Positions 60,636 through 64,000 of a stretch of DNA of 64,000 bases are shown piece by piece. The DNA is taken from positions 32,480-96,479 of the forward strand of contig JAOAKB010000003.1 in the NCBI GenBank assembly GCA_026413865.1, in the 5' to 3' direction. A program made the translations under genes and the position numbers. How positions within the stretch are numbered: position 1 is the first letter of the stretch; every line of letters starts with the position of its first letter. Source of the stretch: Nitrososphaeria archaeon (GTDB lineage: Archaea; Thermoproteota; Nitrososphaeria; JACIWG01). The notes under the pieces were generated by a model. The model did not search any database, was not told where the DNA came from, and saw only the letters and a program-made list of their open reading frames with translations.

Positions 60636-61208
60636 ATGAAAAAAAGTATAATATATTTTGATAAACCTGGTCCAGAGAATACTGAAGAAACCATTAAGGC
60701 TGCTTACGAAAGGGCTATCGAATTGGGTGTCAAAGATATTGTTGTTGCCTCCTCATATGGACGAACTGCTTTAAAATTGATAGAATATTTTGATGTCAAC
60801 CAGTTTAACATTGTGGCTGTAACAATATGCGAGGGATACAAGGATATGGGCTGGACTATTAGTAAGGAAGAAAAAGAGAAGCTTCTATCTAAGGGAATAA
60901 AAGTTTATACAGGTGTGCATTCTTTGGATGGTGATGTTAGCTCAGCTTTTGCAGAAAGATTTAAAGGTTTTTCCGTTAATGAAATTGTTACTCAAACACT
61001 TTATAGATTCGGTCAAGGGTTAAAAGTTTGTGTTGAAATCGTTTTGATGGCAGCAGATGCTGGTCTTATTCCAGTAGACAAGGATGTTATAGCCATAGCT
61101 GGAACTGACCGAGGCGCCGATACTGCAATAGTAGTAAAACCAGCATATTCTAGAAAATTTCTAGAATTAAAGATAAAGGAAATTATTGCAAAGCCTAGGA
61201 TATTTTAA
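60636..61208 (+). CDS. Pyruvate-kinase C-terminal-domain-like protein (MTH1675 family)
   Basis: YFDKPGPENT, VVASSYGRT, GQGLKVCVEI.LMAADAG, GADTA. Confidence 0.88.
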   Translation: MKKSIIYFDKPGPENTEETIKAAYERAIELGVKDIVVASSYGRTALKLIEYFDVNQFNIVAVTICEGYKDMGWTISKEEKEKLLSKGIKVYTGVHSLDGDVSSAFAERFKGFSVNEIVTQTLYRFGQGLKVCVEIVLMAADAGLIPVDKDVIAIAGTDRGADTAIVVKPAYSRKFLELKIKEIIAKPRIF

Positions 61209-61323
61209 ACATAAAAAAGACATTTTTATAAAAATTTTATGCCAAAAACTACCACTTTAAAATTGCTAAATTACAATTTGACTCTCTTACATAATACTTA
61301 TATATTATAAAAATAAAGTTCCT

Positions 61324-62586
61324 ATGATAATTATGGAAAAGTTGGGTGTTGCATTTATAGGCGCAGGCTTTGCAAACACTTTTCATGCAAAGGGTTGGAT
61401 TGGTGTAAGAGATTCAGAGATTGTTGCAGTCTGTAGTCTTCATAAAGAAAGGGCTGAAAAGCTTGCAAGCTTGTGCAGGTCTCTCGGTATAGGTGAACCC
61501 AAGGTTTATACAGACGTTGCTGAAACTGTAAGAGACCCTAGAGTGAATGCAGTTTGGCTTGGTGTACCAAATTTTGCAAGACTAGAGATAGTTAAAACCA
61601 TTGTTGAAGAGGTTTTGCAAGGTAGAACAAATTTAATAGGAATCGCTTGTGAAAAACCATTAGCCCGAACAGTAAAAGAAGCAAAGGAAATGCTAAAACT
61701 TGTCGAGAAAGCGGGCTTGCTACATGGTTATCTTGAAAATCAGGTTTTTGCTCCAGCTGTTGTAAGAGGAAAAGAAATAATATGGAGAAGGGGTGTTCCA
61801 ATTGCTGGTAGGCCCTATTTGGCTAGAGCTGCGGAAGAACATAGTGGACCTCATGAACCATGGTTCTGGCAAGGTGAGAAATCTGGTGGAGGTGTTCTCC
61901 TGGACATGATGTGCCATAGCCATGAAGCTTCAAGGTTTCTACTTATTGGGCCAGAGGAAGAAAAAAAGGTTCTTAAACCAAGAACTATTAATGCAGAAAT
62001 TGCTTTATTAAAATGGACAAGGCCAAATTATGTAAACAAACTAAAGGATATGAGTAAGGGTGCTGTAGACTATTCTAAGGCTCCATCAGAAGATTTTGCT
62101 AGATCGACTGTAGTATACGAACATGAAGATGGAACAATATGTGTTAGTGAAGTAACAACCTCTTGGAGTTTCTCAGGAGCTGGGTTAAGGCTAACTTTTG
62201 AACTTTTAGGTCCAGAATATGCATTACAAATTAATACCCTACAACCAGAACTATATGTTTTCTTTAGTAGGGCTGTTAAGGGGCCAGCGGGTGAAGATTT
62301 GGTTGAGAAGCAGTTAGCGGAGCAAGGACTTATGCCAGTACTTCCAGATGAATCAATAACTTATGGTTATCAGGCAGAAGATAGACATATGGTCAGAAGT
62401 TTCCTGCAAAAAAAGATGCCATACGAAAATTGGTATGATGGCCTATTTGTAGTTGAACTATGTATGGCAAGTTATATGGCTGCAGAAAAGGGAAGGAAAC
62501 TAAAGTTTCCAATAGACGGGCTTGAAGAGTTTGTACCTAAAGTGGCTAAGGGGGAATGGAATCATAGGTCTATTTTAGACGTCTAA
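61324..62586 (+). CDS. Gfo/Idh/MocA oxidoreductase
   Basis: GAGF, CEKPL, GGGVLLDMMCH. Confidence 0.9.
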   Translation: MIIMEKLGVAFIGAGFANTFHAKGWIGVRDSEIVAVCSLHKERAEKLASLCRSLGIGEPKVYTDVAETVRDPRVNAVWLGVPNFARLEIVKTIVEEVLQGRTNLIGIACEKPLARTVKEAKEMLKLVEKAGLLHGYLENQVFAPAVVRGKEIIWRRGVPIAGRPYLARAAEEHSGPHEPWFWQGEKSGGGVLLDMMCHSHEASRFLLIGPEEEKKVLKPRTINAEIALLKWTRPNYVNKLKDMSKGAVDYSKAPSEDFARSTVVYEHEDGTICVSEVTTSWSFSGAGLRLTFELLGPEYALQINTLQPELYVFFSRAVKGPAGEDLVEKQLAEQGLMPVLPDESITYGYQAEDRHMVRSFLQKKMPYENWYDGLFVVELCMASYMAAEKGRKLKFPIDGLEEFVPKVAKGEWNHRSILDV

Positions 62587-62616
62587 TTCATAATTTTTAG
62601 TTCACTTTTAATTTTT

Positions 62617-63726
62617 TTATAAACAATTTTTTAGAATTTCTGCTACATCTACCTCTGTTTCAAGGGGTAATTGGATTGGTTTTCTCTTTCTTATCGACTC
62701 GTATGCTGCTAAACAAACTTCTAGTACCTTATATGCGTCTTCCCCTGTTACAGCAGGTTGTCTATTTTCATGGATACATTTTATAAATTCATCTATTGTA
62801 GGTTTGTATACATTAGCGAATGGTGGTAAAGGTACAGATTTTTCTACATAACTCCTATCGAATACAGGGTTTGGTGGAGAAGTTTCAATGTATGTTCTTT
62901 GATTATAAGGTTCTTTTTTTGACCAAATTGAAATAATGTTTCCAGATACTTCTATTTCGCCTTCAGTTCCAATTATTCTCATAAAATTGTGTGAACTTAT
63001 GGGTGCTGTAAAAGTAGATTCAATTGTAGCAATTGAATTGTTTTCAAATCTTAAGAGTGCTACTCCATAATCTTCTACATAATATCTTCTATGAATAAAC
63101 TTGCCGATTTCAGCGTAAACTCTTTTTACTTCGCTATTGAAATATCCACGTAATTGTGCTGCTAAGTAAACTGCATGGTCAATAAATCCCCCTCCTGCAG
63201 CTTTATTTGGGTCAACAAACCAACCTGGCTCCAATACTCCAGGTTCACTTAGTGGTAATATTGCAAAAAGTGAAGCTGATGCTGCAAATGGTTCCCCTAT
63301 CACACCATTATCCATAAGCTTCTTTATAGGGTCTCCAGGAAGTACGCCTGCAGCCATAGCCATCAATTTGACACCTGCATTTTTAGCACTGTCTATGATT
63401 TCACGGGCTTCTTTGAGAGTTCTAGCTATGGGTTTTCCAATAAGTATGTCTTTTCCTGCTTTAGCTGCCGCTAAAGCTACATCTTTATGCATAGAGGTTG
63501 TTGTTGTAATTATTATACCATCTATTTTTGGATTTTCTAAAAGTTTATGATAATCTGTGTAATAAGTTTCTGCACTGTATATTTTAGCAATTTTTTTAAC
63601 ATATTCTTCATTGGGGTCCGATATTGCAACTAATTGTGCATTAGGATTTATTGATATATCGTAAGCTGAACCTAGTGCCCAATACCAATGGTCTAATCCA
63701 ATAATTCCAATACCAATTTTAGACAT
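62617..63726 (-). CDS. Gfo/Idh/MocA oxidoreductase
   Basis: IGIIG, GKPIA, GGGFIDHAVY, VEDYG, TGEDA. Confidence 0.88.
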   Translation of the reverse strand: MSKIGIGIIGLDHWYWALGSAYDISINPNAQLVAISDPNEEYVKKIAKIYSAETYYTDYHKLLENPKIDGIIITTTTSMHKDVALAAAKAGKDILIGKPIARTLKEAREIIDSAKNAGVKLMAMAAGVLPGDPIKKLMDNGVIGEPFAASASLFAILPLSEPGVLEPGWFVDPNKAAGGGFIDHAVYLAAQLRGYFNSEVKRVYAEIGKFIHRRYYVEDYGVALLRFENNSIATIESTFTAPISSHNFMRIIGTEGEIEVSGNIISIWSKKEPYNQRTYIETSPPNPVFDRSYVEKSVPLPPFANVYKPTIDEFIKCIHENRQPAVTGEDAYKVLEVCLAAYESIRKRKPIQLPLETEVDVAEILKNCL

Positions 63727-63856
63727 TTTTTACACCTTATCATCATTTTGAGTTATAAGTGTATTTTAACCTTTTCTACTTAAAATAAAAATTTAAAGCA
63801 TAATTTGTATAAAGTTTATATGTTATTAATAATTAACTAAAAGAATGGTGTTAAAT

Positions 63857-64000
63857 TTGAAAGTTGCATTATATACTATAAGCTATCAAGGCCTTTGGTA
63901 TAACGGTGATTTTGTTCCAATAGAACAGCTTATTCCCAAAGTTGCTAACTTTGGATATGATGGTATTTCTCTTAGTGGCAAAAGGCATCATGCTTCTCCC
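63857..64000 (+). CDS. Sugar-phosphate isomerase/epimerase (xylose isomerase-like TIM barrel), 5' part only
   Basis: MKVALYTISYQGLWY…IPKVANFGYDGISL…HASP runs off the window end. Confidence 0.7.
   Translation, partial: MKVALYTISYQGLWYNGDFVPIEQLIPKVANFGYDGISLSGKRHHASP

Noticed and set aside
1..64000. CRISPR arrays, IS elements, integrases, inteins (MCM, RFC, Hel308) and rRNA
   Set aside because: No repeat-spacer periodicity, transposase or integrase motifs, intein-sized insertions or rRNA-like tracts were seen by eye

Overview
AT-rich chromosomal segment of a TACK-group archaeon. Gene content (single-OB SSB, short XPF, Cdc6, arcadin-1, HTH-NrdD-like fusion) suggests a deep-branching Nitrososphaerota-like lineage, which is inference only. 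Roughly 1-35 kb is core information-processing and cofactor genes: EF-2, Cdc6, RFC-S/L, GINS, MCM, Hel308, HisRS, an EndA subunit, Moco genes, a glycosylation cluster and seven tRNAs. Roughly 35-64 kb is accessory-like: sugar-acid catabolism, grpE-dnaK-dnaJ, an orphan histidine kinase, a pentameric ligand-gated ion channel, peptidases and two more tRNAs. The standout feature is in the essential EF-2 gene, which is interrupted just before its G1 GTP-binding motif by a 32-nt insertion (1578-1609). The insertion folds into a perfect bulge-helix-bulge (BHB) splice substrate, and excision at the canonical EndA cut sites restores the frame (…DQIR-N-LGVVAHVDHGKTT…). This points to a tRNA-type intron in an mRNA other than cbf5. 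Other notable items are a candidate C/D guide RNA aimed at C34 of tRNA-Leu(CAA), two tRNA genes with C33 instead of the near-invariant U33, an HRT (not HRG) diphthamide loop in EF-2, and a catalytically degenerate class III RNR fused to a wHTH. No CRISPR array, transposase or integrase was seen. All calls are by eye; no database searches were run.
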